Shown: in pieces, positions 17,509 to 27,036 of the stretch | How the letters are laid out: each line of letters opens with the position of its first letter | How positions within the stretch are numbered: the stretch's first letter is position 1 | Assembly: GCA_903834835.1 (NCBI GenBank) | Contig: CAILKO010000052.1 | Location: 90 to 64,089 of the forward strand | DNA: 64,000 nt | Reading direction: 5' to 3' | Source: an uncultured Pseudomonadota bacterium | Lineage (GTDB): Bacteria; Pseudomonadota; Gammaproteobacteria; Burkholderiales; SG8-39 | Program-made: the position numbers and the translations under genes | The notes under the pieces: model-generated | Database searches by the model: none | Told to the model about the DNA's origin: nothing | Seen by the model: only the letters and a program-made list of their open reading frames with translations

Positions 17509-17838
17509 TCAGTTCGATGCGGAGAGCAGTGCGCTCGCGAGGCGGTTGAGGCTGATGCCCTCCTCCGCCGCCTGTAGCGCAAGTGCGCGATGCACCTGCG
17601 GCGGGATGCGAACCTTGAACTGGCCGCTGTAGACCTTGTCGGCGAGCGGCACGGGCACTTCCTCGCGGTTGCGCTTCATGTCCGCGACCACGCCGGCCAC
17701 GGTCTTGCGGATGCCCGCGAGCGCTGCCTCGGGGGTGGTTGCGAGCCAGCTAAGCGACGGGAATTCCGCGCACAGCCCGACGTGCTCGCCGTCCTCCGGT
17801 GACCATGTGACGCGATAGGTGTAATGATCGGCATTCAT
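17509..17838 (-). CDS. hicB: HicB-family antitoxin
   Basis: YTYRVTWSPEDGEHVGLCAEFPSLSW...YSGQFKVRIPPQVHRALA...SLN. ATGA overlap with the upstream toxin. Confidence 0.85.
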   Translation of the reverse strand: MNADHYTYRVTWSPEDGEHVGLCAEFPSLSWLATTPEAALAGIRKTVAGVVADMKRNREEVPVPLADKVYSGQFKVRIPPQVHRALALQAAEEGISLNRLASALLSASN

Positions 17839-18095
17839 ATCCCGGTTTTCCCTGTTCGTTCCAGTTGCTCGACCGCCTGCAGAACCTGCCGCACCTGATA
17901 GGGTTTGGCCCGGCCCTTCTCGTTCTGAATGTTCACCCTCGGATCGCCCGGCCAGGGCGTCTTGTAGACGGCGTGGCTGGACCCGGCTTGCCGGGGCTTC
18001 CCGAAGTAGTGGTCGCACACCTTCTTGAGATCCGCAAAGCGCAGCCCGACGGGGCTCGCCCGCATCTGCTGCAGGATCTTGTCGACGGATGGCAC
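17835..18095 (-). CDS. hicA: HicA-family toxin
   Basis: 86 aa with RFADL...GSSHAVYKTPW...NIQ...AKPYQVRQV. Confidence 0.82.
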   Translation of the reverse strand: MPSVDKILQQMRASPVGLRFADLKKVCDHYFGKPRQAGSSHAVYKTPWPGDPRVNIQNEKGRAKPYQVRQVLQAVEQLERTGKTGI

Positions 18096-18246
18096 CGGTG
18101 AATGATGCCATTATTGACACCAAGCATCAACGGCTGGCTGCCGCCGCCGCTTGCTCGGCGACCCGTGGGCATGGCGCGGGCCGGACCCGGAAGTGCTCGT
18201 GCAGGCGGCGCGCGCCTGAGGGGGAAGCCCGGGGGCGCCCCCCGCC

Positions 18247-19485
18247 TCAGTCGTACTTCTTCGCGTCCTCGATCACCTTGCCGTCCGCAGGCAGCGTGCC
18301 CGGCTCGCACAGGCGCACTTCGCCGCGCAGCTTGGTGACATCGCGCAGCGAGTCGGCGATGCGCGCGGCGAGCCCCTCGGCCTGCGGCGCGCGCACTTCG
18401 CAGTTGAGCGTCATGCGGTCCACATTGCCCGGGTTGTCGACGACCAGCCGCGCGCGCGCGATTTCGGGGTGACGGCGCTGCACCTCGGCCAGCTGGTGCG
18501 GGTGCACGAACATGCCCTTCACCTTGATGGTCTGGTCGGCGCGCCCCATCCAGCCGCGGATGCGCATGTTGGTGCGCCCGCAGGGACTGATGCCGGGCAG
18601 CACGGCGGAAAGATCGCCGGTCGCGAAGCGGATGAGCGGGTAGTGCCGATCGAACTTGGTGACCAGGACTTCGCCCACCTCGCCCTCGGCCACCGGATCG
18701 CCGCTGCCGGGCTGGACGATCTCGACCAGCAGGTCCTCGTCGACGATCAGCCCCTCCATCGCCTCGCTCTCGTAGGCGATGTTGCCGAGATCGGCGCTCG
18801 CATAGGTCTGCAGCACGCGCTCCATGCCGTGCGCGAGCAGCCACTGGCGCAGCGACGGCGGCAGCGCCTCGGCGGCGACGAGCGCGATCCGCGTGCCGGA
18901 CACATCAGCCTGCATCTCCGCGGCCTTCTCGAGGATGATCTTCAGGAACGAAGGCGTGCCGACATAACCGCGCGGACGCAGGAGCGCCATCGCCTGCACC
19001 TGCATTTCGGTCTGACCGGTGCCGGCCGGAATCACCGCACAGCCGAGCGCCTGCGCCCCGCCCTCGATCATCGAGGCGGCCGGCGTGAAGTGATAGGAAA
19101 AGCAGTTCTGCAGCAGGTCGCCCGGGCGGAAGCCCGCCGCATAGAGCGGGCGCGCCATGCGCCACCAGTCGCTCGCGCGGCCTTCCGGGTCGAAGATCGG
19201 GCCGGGGGACATGTACACGCGCGCGAGTTCGCCGGTCGCGGTTGCGTTCAGCCCGCCGAAGGGCGGGATGGCCTGCTGCAGGCGGTGCAGATCGGACTTG
19301 CGCGTCACCGGCAGGCGCGCGAGCGCGGCGCGGCTCGTGACCGCGCGCGCATCGATGCCCGCGAGCAGCTGCGCATAGCCCGCGGCGTGGCGTTGCGCGT
19401 GCGCGATCTGTTCGGGCAGCGCGGCGAGGAGCGCCGCTTCGCGCACTTCGGGCGGGCGCACTTCGAGTGCGTGCAGCGTATCCAT
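18247..19485 (-). CDS. Phenylacetate-CoA ligase family protein
   Basis: LPVTRKSDL, SPGPIFDPE, YVGTPSFL, YPLIRFATGDLS and GRADQTIKVKGMFV. Confidence 0.88.
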   Translation of the reverse strand: MDTLHALEVRPPEVREAALLAALPEQIAHAQRHAAGYAQLLAGIDARAVTSRAALARLPVTRKSDLHRLQQAIPPFGGLNATATGELARVYMSPGPIFDPEGRASDWWRMARPLYAAGFRPGDLLQNCFSYHFTPAASMIEGGAQALGCAVIPAGTGQTEMQVQAMALLRPRGYVGTPSFLKIILEKAAEMQADVSGTRIALVAAEALPPSLRQWLLAHGMERVLQTYASADLGNIAYESEAMEGLIVDEDLLVEIVQPGSGDPVAEGEVGEVLVTKFDRHYPLIRFATGDLSAVLPGISPCGRTNMRIRGWMGRADQTIKVKGMFVHPHQLAEVQRRHPEIARARLVVDNPGNVDRMTLNCEVRAPQAEGLAARIADSLRDVTKLRGEVRLCEPGTLPADGKVIEDAKKYD

Positions 19486-19502
19486 CGATGCCTCCTTCAA
19501 GC

Positions 19503-20366
19503 CTAGGCGAGCCAGCGCTTGCGGCGCCGGTAGTGCTTCACATCGCGAAAGCTGCGGCGTGCGCCCGCCGACATGCCGAGGTAGAACTCCTTCACGTCCT
19601 CGTTGCCGGCGAGATCCGCGGCCGCGCCGTCCATCACCACGCGGCCGCTCTCCAGGATGTAGCCGTAGTCGGCGTACTTCAGCGCGACATGGGTGTTCTG
19701 CTCGGCGAGCAGGAAACTCACCCCCTCGCGGGTATTCAGATCCTTCACGATGCCGAAGATCTCCTCGACGATCTGGGGCGCGAGGCCCATCGAGGGTTCG
19801 TCAAGCAGGATCATGCGCGGGCGCGCCATCAGCGCGCGCCCGACGGCGGTCATCTGCTGTTCGCCGCCCGAGGTATAGCCGGCCTGGGCGGCGCGGCGCG
19901 TCTTCAGGCGCGGGAAATAGGTGTAGACCTTCTCGAGATCGGCCTCGATCTCGGCGCGCCGCGCGCGGCGCGAATAGGCGCCCGCGAGCAGGTTCTCCTC
20001 CACGGTGAGATGGGCGAAGCAGTGCCGCCCCTCCATCACCTGGATGACGCCGCGGCGCACCAGCTCGGCCGGGCTGAGGCGCTCGATACGCTCGCCGCCC
20101 AGCATGATGCTGCCCTTGGTGACTTCGCCGCGCTCGCCCTTCAGCAGATTCGAGACCGCGCGCAAGGTGGTGGTCTTGCCGGCGCCGTTGCCGCCGAGCA
20201 GCGCGACCACACTCCCTTCGGCCACGCGCAGCGACACCCCCTTCAGCACGAGGATGACGTGGTTGTAGATGACCTCGATGCCGTTCACATCGAGCAGGAC
20301 CTTCGCGGTGGGCGGATCGCCGCCCGCTGCCGCATTGCCCGCTGTCCTGGCCTGTGTGTCGTTCAT
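19503..20366 (-). CDS. Liv-type ABC transporter ATP-binding protein (LivF-like)
   Basis: GGNGAGKTT, TSGGEQQM and LLDEPSMGLAP. Confidence 0.92.
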   Translation of the reverse strand: MNDTQARTAGNAAAGGDPPTAKVLLDVNGIEVIYNHVILVLKGVSLRVAEGSVVALLGGNGAGKTTTLRAVSNLLKGERGEVTKGSIMLGGERIERLSPAELVRRGVIQVMEGRHCFAHLTVEENLLAGAYSRRARRAEIEADLEKVYTYFPRLKTRRAAQAGYTSGGEQQMTAVGRALMARPRMILLDEPSMGLAPQIVEEIFGIVKDLNTREGVSFLLAEQNTHVALKYADYGYILESGRVVMDGAAADLAGNEDVKEFYLGMSAGARRSFRDVKHYRRRKRWLA

Positions 20367-20448
20367 GCCTTGCCTGTGCCGATACCGGTTGCGTTGTCAA
20401 AAACGGCGCTGGCGGGCGCGCCTGCGGCCTGCGCCCGCCAGCCGCCGG

Positions 20449-21807
20449 TCATGCCTGGCAGTCCGCCACCGTGCGCGGCGCGATCTTCTTCTCGCCGGCG
20501 TACTTCGCAGCCGAAGCCTTGACCATCGGCTTGATGATCTGGTCGTCGGCCTGCAGCCAGTCGGAGGTGAAGTTCCACTTCGCGCCGTCCCAGGTGTGGA
20601 TGCGCGCCCAGGCCGAGCCCATGTGATCGGCGCAGGAGGTGGAGATCGGACGCAGCACGCCAGCAAAGCCCAGCCCGTCGAGCTTCTTCTGATCGAGCGC
20701 GAGGTTCTCGTAACCCCAGCGCGCCTGCTCCGCGCTCATCACCTTGCCCTTGCCGTAGCGCTCCTGCGCGCGGCGCACGCCTTCGACCGCGAACATCGCC
20801 GCGGTAAGGCCGCGCATGTAGAGCACCTGGCCCACTTCCTCTTTCGGTCCGGTGCCCTGGCCCTTGCCGTGCACGTCGCGCAGGATGTCCTTTGCAACCT
20901 TCGAGTTCGGCTCCGCACCGTGCTGCAGCGCGAGTGCGTTGTAGCCCTTGGCGCCTTCGCCGACATCCTTCACGTCAGGCTCGGCTCCGGCCCACCACAC
21001 GCCGTACATCTTGTCGCGCGGATAGCCGGTGGCCTGCGCCTCCTTCAGCGCGGCGGAATTCATCACGCCCCAGCCCCACAGCAACACGTAGTCGGGACGC
21101 GCCTGGCGCACCTGCAGCCAGGCCGATTTCTGCTCCACGCCGGGTGCGGTCACAGGAATCTGCAGCAGCTCGAAGCCGTGCATCTTCGAGCGCTCCTCGA
21201 GCAGCGGAATCGGCTCCTTGCCATAGGGGCTGTCGTGATAGACGAGCGCGATCTTCTTGCCCTTCAGCCGGTCGAGCCCGCCCTCCTTCTTGCCGAGGTG
21301 CTGGATCAGGATGTCGGCCGCCACCCAGTAGGTGCCGGTAAGCGGGAAGTTCCACTTGAACACCATGCCGTCCTGCGTGTCGGCGCGGCCGTAGCCCGCG
21401 GTGATCAGCGGAATCTTGTCGCCGGGCGCCTTGTCGGTCAGCGCGAAGGTGATGCCGGTGGAGAGCGGCTGGAATACCGTCGCCCCGCCGTTGCGGCCCT
21501 TCATGCGCTCGTAGCACTCCACGCCGCGGTCGGTCGCATAGCCGGTCTCGCATTCATCGAACACCAGCTTCACGCCATTGATGCCGCCGCGCGCGTTCAC
21601 GAGCTTCAGGTAATCGACATAGCCGTTCGCGAAGGGCACGCCATTCGGCGCGTAGGCGCCGGTGCGGTAGACCAGCACCGGGAAATACTGTTCCTTCGCC
21701 ACGGCCTTGCTCTGGGCATAGGCCGGCCCCTGCGGGACGACCGATGCCAGGACGCCGGCTGCGACCGCGGCCGCGGCCAGCAGCTTCAATTTGCCAGTCA
21801 GTTTCAT
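20449..21807 (-). CDS. Liv-type ABC substrate-binding protein
   Basis: Signal peptide after a GGAGGAG RBS, with YRTGAYAPNG and GGINGVKL. Operon context fits. Confidence 0.9.
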   Translation of the reverse strand: MKLTGKLKLLAAAAVAAGVLASVVPQGPAYAQSKAVAKEQYFPVLVYRTGAYAPNGVPFANGYVDYLKLVNARGGINGVKLVFDECETGYATDRGVECYERMKGRNGGATVFQPLSTGITFALTDKAPGDKIPLITAGYGRADTQDGMVFKWNFPLTGTYWVAADILIQHLGKKEGGLDRLKGKKIALVYHDSPYGKEPIPLLEERSKMHGFELLQIPVTAPGVEQKSAWLQVRQARPDYVLLWGWGVMNSAALKEAQATGYPRDKMYGVWWAGAEPDVKDVGEGAKGYNALALQHGAEPNSKVAKDILRDVHGKGQGTGPKEEVGQVLYMRGLTAAMFAVEGVRRAQERYGKGKVMSAEQARWGYENLALDQKKLDGLGFAGVLRPISTSCADHMGSAWARIHTWDGAKWNFTSDWLQADDQIIKPMVKASAAKYAGEKKIAPRTVADCQA

Positions 21808-21883
21808 TTCGCTCCTCCTTGGTTCCAACCCCGGGGTGCCGGGACCATCCCGCCATGCCCCCACTGCTCTGTGCCGCCCCGCG

Positions 21884-22948
21884 TCAATGCGGGAACGGCC
21901 ACAACCTCAGTTTCTCCTTGCCGATCGCCCACAGCCGCGCAAGCCCGTGCGGCTCGACGATCAGGAAGAACACGATCAGCGCGCCGAAGATCATCAGTTC
22001 CAGATGCGATCCGGTCTCCACCGACAGGTTGAAGCCGAGCATCGCCGGCACCTGGGCAAGAAGGATCGGCAGCACGGTGATGAAGAACGCGCCGAAGAAG
22101 CTGCCGAGGATCGATCCCATGCCGCCGATGATGATCATGAAGAGCAGATTGAGACTCACGTTGATGCCGAAGGCCGCCGGCTCCCAGGCCCCGAGATGCA
22201 TGAAGCCCCACAGCGCGCCCGCCACGCCGACGTAGAAGGCGCTCACCGCGAAGGCGGTGAGCTTGGCGTAGACCGGACGGATGCCGATCACCTCGGCGGC
22301 GACGTCCATGTCGCGCGTGGCCATCCAGCTGCGGCCGATGTGGCTGCGCACCAGATTCTTCGCCGCGAGCGCGAGCACGCTCACGACGCTGAGCAGGAAC
22401 AGGTATTTCTCCGCCGGCGTTTCGATCTTCCAGCCGAACAGTTCCACCGTGGCGGTGGAGACCGAGCCGGAGGACGCGTAGTTGGTGAACCACTTCACGC
22501 GCGCGAACATCCAGTCGATGAAGAACTGCGCGGCGAGCGTAGCAACCGCGAGGTACAGGCCCTTGATGCGCAGGCTCGGGATGCCGAACAGCGCGCCGAC
22601 CAGCGCGGCGCAGACCCCGGCGAGCAGCAGCACGAGCAGGAAATTCATGCCCGGCACGCGCACCGCGAGGTTGTAGGCGGCATAGGCGCCCACCGCCATG
22701 AAGGCCGCGTGCCCGAGCGAGATCTGCCCGCAGTAGCCGACCAGCAGATTGAGCCCGATGGCGGCGAGCGACAGGATCAGGAAGGGCAGGATGATCGCGC
22801 GCAGCAGGTAGTCGGAGGCGACCCAGGGCACGACCAGATAGGCCACGACGAGCAGCCCCGCCATGAGGAGGCGGTCCTGGCGGATCGGCAGGATCTGCTG
22901 ATCCGCCCGGTAGCTGGTCTTGAACTGTCCGTTTTCCCGATAGAACAT
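21884..22948 (-). CDS. Liv-type ABC permease (LivM-like)
   Basis: GLNLLVGYCGQISLGHAAFMAVGAY and YLAVATLA; hydrophobic. Confidence 0.92.
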   Translation of the reverse strand: MFYRENGQFKTSYRADQQILPIRQDRLLMAGLLVVAYLVVPWVASDYLLRAIILPFLILSLAAIGLNLLVGYCGQISLGHAAFMAVGAYAAYNLAVRVPGMNFLLVLLLAGVCAALVGALFGIPSLRIKGLYLAVATLAAQFFIDWMFARVKWFTNYASSGSVSTATVELFGWKIETPAEKYLFLLSVVSVLALAAKNLVRSHIGRSWMATRDMDVAAEVIGIRPVYAKLTAFAVSAFYVGVAGALWGFMHLGAWEPAAFGINVSLNLLFMIIIGGMGSILGSFFGAFFITVLPILLAQVPAMLGFNLSVETGSHLELMIFGALIVFFLIVEPHGLARLWAIGKEKLRLWPFPH

Positions 22949-22978
22949 GGCGTCAGCGTTTCAGTGTGCGGGTTGTCA

Positions 22979-23980
22979 TCAGACGCGGTCGATGTGGCGC
23001 TCGCCGAACAGGCCCTCGGGCCGCACCAGCAGGAAGATGAGCGCGAGCATGTAGGCAAACCAGTTCTCGATGCCGCCGCCTGCGAGATCGAAGGCCTTCA
23101 CGAGCACCGGGCCGAAGAACACCTCGGCCATCTTCTCGCCCACGCCGATGATCAGCCCGCCCGCGATCGCGCCGGGCACCGAGGTGAAGCCGCCGAGGAT
23201 CACCACCGGCAGCGCCTTCAGCGCCACCTGCTGCAGCGAGAACTGCACGCCGAGCTTGCTGCCCCAGACCATGCCGGCCACCAGCGCCACCACGCCCGCC
23301 ACCGACCAGACGATGACCCAGATGTGGTTCAGCGGGATGCCGATCGACTGCGCGGCCTGGTGATCGTCGGCCACCGCCCGCAGCGCGCGCCCGGTGGCGG
23401 TCTTCTGGAAGAACACCGCGAGGAAGGCGACCAGCGCCGCGGCGATCACCGTCGCGACGAGGTCCTCCTTGCTGATCAGGATGCCGCCCTGGAACACGCT
23501 CTCGAGGATGATGGTCGGGTCCTTGGAGATGCCGAGATCGATCTTGTAGATGTCGCTGCCCCAGAGCGACTGCCCGAAGCCGTCGAGAAAATACGAAATG
23601 CCGAGCGTGGCCATCAGCAGCGTCACGCCTTCCTGGTTCACCAGCGCACGCAGCACGAGGCGCTCGACCAGCCACGCGAACACCACCATGATGAGGGCCG
23701 AGAGCGCGAAGGCCGCCCAGAGCGGCATCGCCTCCGACAGGCGCGCAAGCGAGAGCGCCGCGAACAGCACCATCGCGCCCTGCGCGAAGTTGAATACCCC
23801 CGAGGCCTTGAAGATCAGCGCGAAGCCGAGCGCCACCAACGAGTACAGCACGCCCGCCATCAGCCCGCCGATCAGCACCTCGAGCCAGAAGCCCGGGGCG
23901 GCAGCACCGCTTGCAAGCGGCGCGATGAGGCCTGCGGCGAGCAGCGCACCGAGCGTATAGACGGGCCAGTTCTTCTTCAT
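22979..23980 (-). CDS. Liv-type ABC permease (LivH-like)
   Basis: LYSLVALGFALIFKASGVFNFAQG and LLVRPEGLFG. Confidence 0.92.
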   Translation of the reverse strand: MKKNWPVYTLGALLAAGLIAPLASGAAAPGFWLEVLIGGLMAGVLYSLVALGFALIFKASGVFNFAQGAMVLFAALSLARLSEAMPLWAAFALSALIMVVFAWLVERLVLRALVNQEGVTLLMATLGISYFLDGFGQSLWGSDIYKIDLGISKDPTIILESVFQGGILISKEDLVATVIAAALVAFLAVFFQKTATGRALRAVADDHQAAQSIGIPLNHIWVIVWSVAGVVALVAGMVWGSKLGVQFSLQQVALKALPVVILGGFTSVPGAIAGGLIIGVGEKMAEVFFGPVLVKAFDLAGGGIENWFAYMLALIFLLVRPEGLFGERHIDRV

Positions 23981-24005
23981 GATGGGTCCCCGGTCTCCCG
24001 CGCCT

Positions 24006-24818
24006 TCAGTGGGCCACGCCCAGATAGGCGCGGATCACATCCTCGTTGCCGCGCACTTCGTCCGGCGCGCCGTCGCCGATCTTGCGGCCGTAGTCGAGCA
24101 CCACGACGCGATCGGAGATATCCATCACCACGCCCATGTCGTGCTCGATCAGCACGATGGTGGTGCCGAATTCGTTGTTCACGTCGAGCACGAAGCGGCA
24201 CATGTCCTGTTTCTCCTCGACGTTCATGCCGGCCATCGGCTCGTCGAGCAGCAGCACCGCGGGCTCCATCGCGAGCGCGCGCCCGAGATCGACGCGCTTC
24301 TGCAGACCGTAGGGCAGCCGCCCCACCGGGGTCTTGCGCCAGGCCTGGATCTCCAGGAAGTCGATGATCTCTTCGGCGCGCTCGCGGTGCGCGATCTCCT
24401 CGCGCTCGGCGGCGCCTAAGCGCAGGGCCTGCTGCAGCAGGTTGGACTTCATGCGCAGATTGCGGCCGGTCATGATGTTGTCGAGCACGCTCATGCCCTT
24501 GAACAGCGCGAGGTTCTGGAAGGTGCGCGCGATGCCCATGCGCGCCACCTGCCAGGGCTCCATGTGCGAGAACGTCTGCCCGCGGAAGGTGATGCGGCCC
24601 TGCTGCGGTTTGTAGATGCCGTTGATGACATTCAGCATCGAGCTCTTGCCCGCGCCGTTCGGCCCGATGATCGCGCGGATCTCGTGCTCGCGCACGTCGA
24701 AGGAAATATCCTGCAGCGCCTGCACCCCGCCGAACGCAAGCGAGATGCCCTCGAGCTGCAGGATCGGCGCGCCGATATGCGCCTGGTGGACGGCCTGCAG
24801 GGAGGCTCCGGGGTTCAT
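24006..24818 (-). CDS. Liv-type ABC ATP-binding protein (LivG-like)
   Basis: GPNGAGKSS, RTFQNL, LLLDEPMAG and IEHDM. The real start MNPGAS overlaps the ligase stop. Confidence 0.92.
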   Translation of the reverse strand: MNPGASLQAVHQAHIGAPILQLEGISLAFGGVQALQDISFDVREHEIRAIIGPNGAGKSSMLNVINGIYKPQQGRITFRGQTFSHMEPWQVARMGIARTFQNLALFKGMSVLDNIMTGRNLRMKSNLLQQALRLGAAEREEIAHRERAEEIIDFLEIQAWRKTPVGRLPYGLQKRVDLGRALAMEPAVLLLDEPMAGMNVEEKQDMCRFVLDVNNEFGTTIVLIEHDMGVVMDISDRVVVLDYGRKIGDGAPDEVRGNEDVIRAYLGVAH

Positions 24819-26806
24819 CAGGCGGCCTTTCTCGCCGCATCGGGCGCCGCGATCGCGGCATCGGCGATGCGCAGCGTGGCGCTGATCCGGCCGCTGCGTC
24901 CGTCCTCGAAGCGCACCTCGGACTCGATGTAGCACTGCGGCGCGCCGTCGAACATCGCCTCGACGAGCGGCTGGTAGCGCTGGCCGATGAAGCGCCGGCG
25001 CACCTTGCGCGTGCGGGTGAGCTCCTCGTCGTCCGCATCGAGTTCCTTGTGCAGGATCAGGAAGCGGTGGATCTGCGCATTGCACAGCACCGGGTCGGCG
25101 GCGAGGTCGCGGTTCACGCGTTCCACGCACTCGCGGATCAGGTCGTAGACCGGCGCCTGCTGGGCGAGATCGGCATAGCCCGCGTAGGGCAGGTTGCGGC
25201 GCTCGGCCCAGTTGCCGACCGCCTCCATGTCGATGTTGACGAACGCGCAGACGCGCTCGCGCCCGTCGCCGAAGGCCACCGCCTCCTTGATATAGGGGAA
25301 GAACTTCAGCTTGTTCTCGATGTACTTGGGCGCGAACAGCGTGCCGTCGGCGAGTTTGCCGACGTCCTTCGCGCGATCGATGATGCGCAGGTGTCCGCCC
25401 GCGTCCAGATAGCCGGCGTCGCCCGTATGGAACCAGCCCTCGGCATCGCGCGCCTCGGCCGTCGCTTCCGGGTTGCGGAAGTACTCGCGAAACAGGCCCG
25501 GGCTGCGGATCAGGATCTCGCCCGCATCGGTGATGCGCAGCTCGACGCCCTTCACCGGCGGGCCGACGGTATCGGCGCGCACCTCGCCGTCGGGCTGCAC
25601 GCAGGCGAACACCGCCGTCTCGGTGGAGCCGTAGAGCTGCTTCAGGTTCACGCCGATCGAGCGGTAGAACACGAAGAGATCCGGCCCGATCGCTTCGCCC
25701 GCGGTATAGGCCACGCGGACGCGGCTCATGCCGAGCACATTGCGCAGCGGCCCGTAGACCAGCAGGTCGCCGATGCGGTAGCGCAGCCGCTCCATGAACG
25801 CGACCGGCTCGCGGCCGTCGAGCAGGCGCGCGCCGACGCGCCGCGCGACCTCCATGAAATACCCGAACATGCGCCGCTTCAGCCAGCCCGCATCCTCCAT
25901 GCGGATCGTGACCTGGGTGAGCAGGCCTTCCAGCACGCGCGGCGGCGCGAAGTAGTAGGTCGGGCCGATCTCGCGCATGTCGGCCGTGACCGTATCCGGC
26001 GATTCCGGGCAGGAGACGCAGAAGCCGACCACATAGCCCTGGGTATAGGAGAAGATGTTCTGGCCGATCCACGCGATGGGCAGGTAGGCGAGCACTTCCT
26101 CGTCCGGCGTGAGGCCCTCCATCTCCGCGCCGCTGCGACCGGCATGGATCAGCGCCGCATGGGTGTGCACCACGCCCTTGGGATGGCCGGTGGTCCCCGA
26201 GGTGTAGAACATCGCGGCGATGTCCTCGGTGCTGCCGGCGGCGATTTCGTCGAGGAAGTACTCGGGGTTGCGCTCGGCGAATTCGGCCCCGAGCGAGCGC
26301 AGGATCGCGAGACTCATCAGCTCGGGCTGGGCGTAGTGGCGCAGGCCGCGCGGGTCGTCGAAACAGATGTGCTTCAGCTTCGGGCACTGCGGCAGGATCT
26401 CGAGCAGCTTGTCGACCTGCTCCTGGTCCTCGACCACCGCGAATTCGATCTCGGCGTCCTGCAGCACGTAGACGAGTTCGGCGGCCACCGCGTCCTCGTA
26501 CAGCGGTACCGGTATGCCGCCGAGCGCCTGCGCCGCCACCATCGACCAGTACAGGCGCGGACGATTCTGGCCGATGATCGCGAGATGCTGGCCGCGGCGG
26601 AAGCCCTGCGCCGCGAGGCCGCAGGCGATCCTGCGCACTTCCTCCGCCACCTGGCCCCAGTTCCAGGTCTGCCAGATGCCGAGATCCTTCTCGCGTATGG
26701 CGGGATGCGCCGGGCGCGCTGCGGCATGGTGCAGCAGCAGCCGCGGAAACGTGTCCGCCTTGCCGGTGTCTATCACAGCCGCACCCGCGGCCGTCGGGGA
26801 CTGCAT
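24818..26806 (-). CDS. Long-chain fatty-acid-CoA ligase (AMP-binding)
   Basis: YTSGTTGHPKG, YGSTE, WFHTGDAG and IIDRAKD. Confidence 0.92.
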   Translation of the reverse strand: MQSPTAAGAAVIDTGKADTFPRLLLHHAAARPAHPAIREKDLGIWQTWNWGQVAEEVRRIACGLAAQGFRRGQHLAIIGQNRPRLYWSMVAAQALGGIPVPLYEDAVAAELVYVLQDAEIEFAVVEDQEQVDKLLEILPQCPKLKHICFDDPRGLRHYAQPELMSLAILRSLGAEFAERNPEYFLDEIAAGSTEDIAAMFYTSGTTGHPKGVVHTHAALIHAGRSGAEMEGLTPDEEVLAYLPIAWIGQNIFSYTQGYVVGFCVSCPESPDTVTADMREIGPTYYFAPPRVLEGLLTQVTIRMEDAGWLKRRMFGYFMEVARRVGARLLDGREPVAFMERLRYRIGDLLVYGPLRNVLGMSRVRVAYTAGEAIGPDLFVFYRSIGVNLKQLYGSTETAVFACVQPDGEVRADTVGPPVKGVELRITDAGEILIRSPGLFREYFRNPEATAEARDAEGWFHTGDAGYLDAGGHLRIIDRAKDVGKLADGTLFAPKYIENKLKFFPYIKEAVAFGDGRERVCAFVNIDMEAVGNWAERRNLPYAGYADLAQQAPVYDLIRECVERVNRDLAADPVLCNAQIHRFLILHKELDADDEELTRTRKVRRRFIGQRYQPLVEAMFDGAPQCYIESEVRFEDGRSGRISATLRIADAAIAAPDAARKAA

Positions 26807-27036
26807 GGGGTGCTCCTCCTCATTCCGCCGCGACGCGCTTCGCATGCTGCGCGTCGTCGGCCCTCCTCGCTTCCTGCGCAGTCTATTGGAAACTGCTGGC
26901 GCAGAGTGTCATTCCGTTGGCAATCCGGGCACGATCTCGACCTGGCAGGCATCGCAGATCAAGTCCGCGCAAATAGCGTAGCGCATCAGTACGCGGACCG
27001 GAACCCGCCGCCCGCAGCGAATACACTACGCCCCCC

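Noticed and set aside
15511-18120. Integron cassette array explaining the TA cluster
   Set aside because: No intI gene and no convincing RYYYAAC...GTTRRRY attC sites between the genes.
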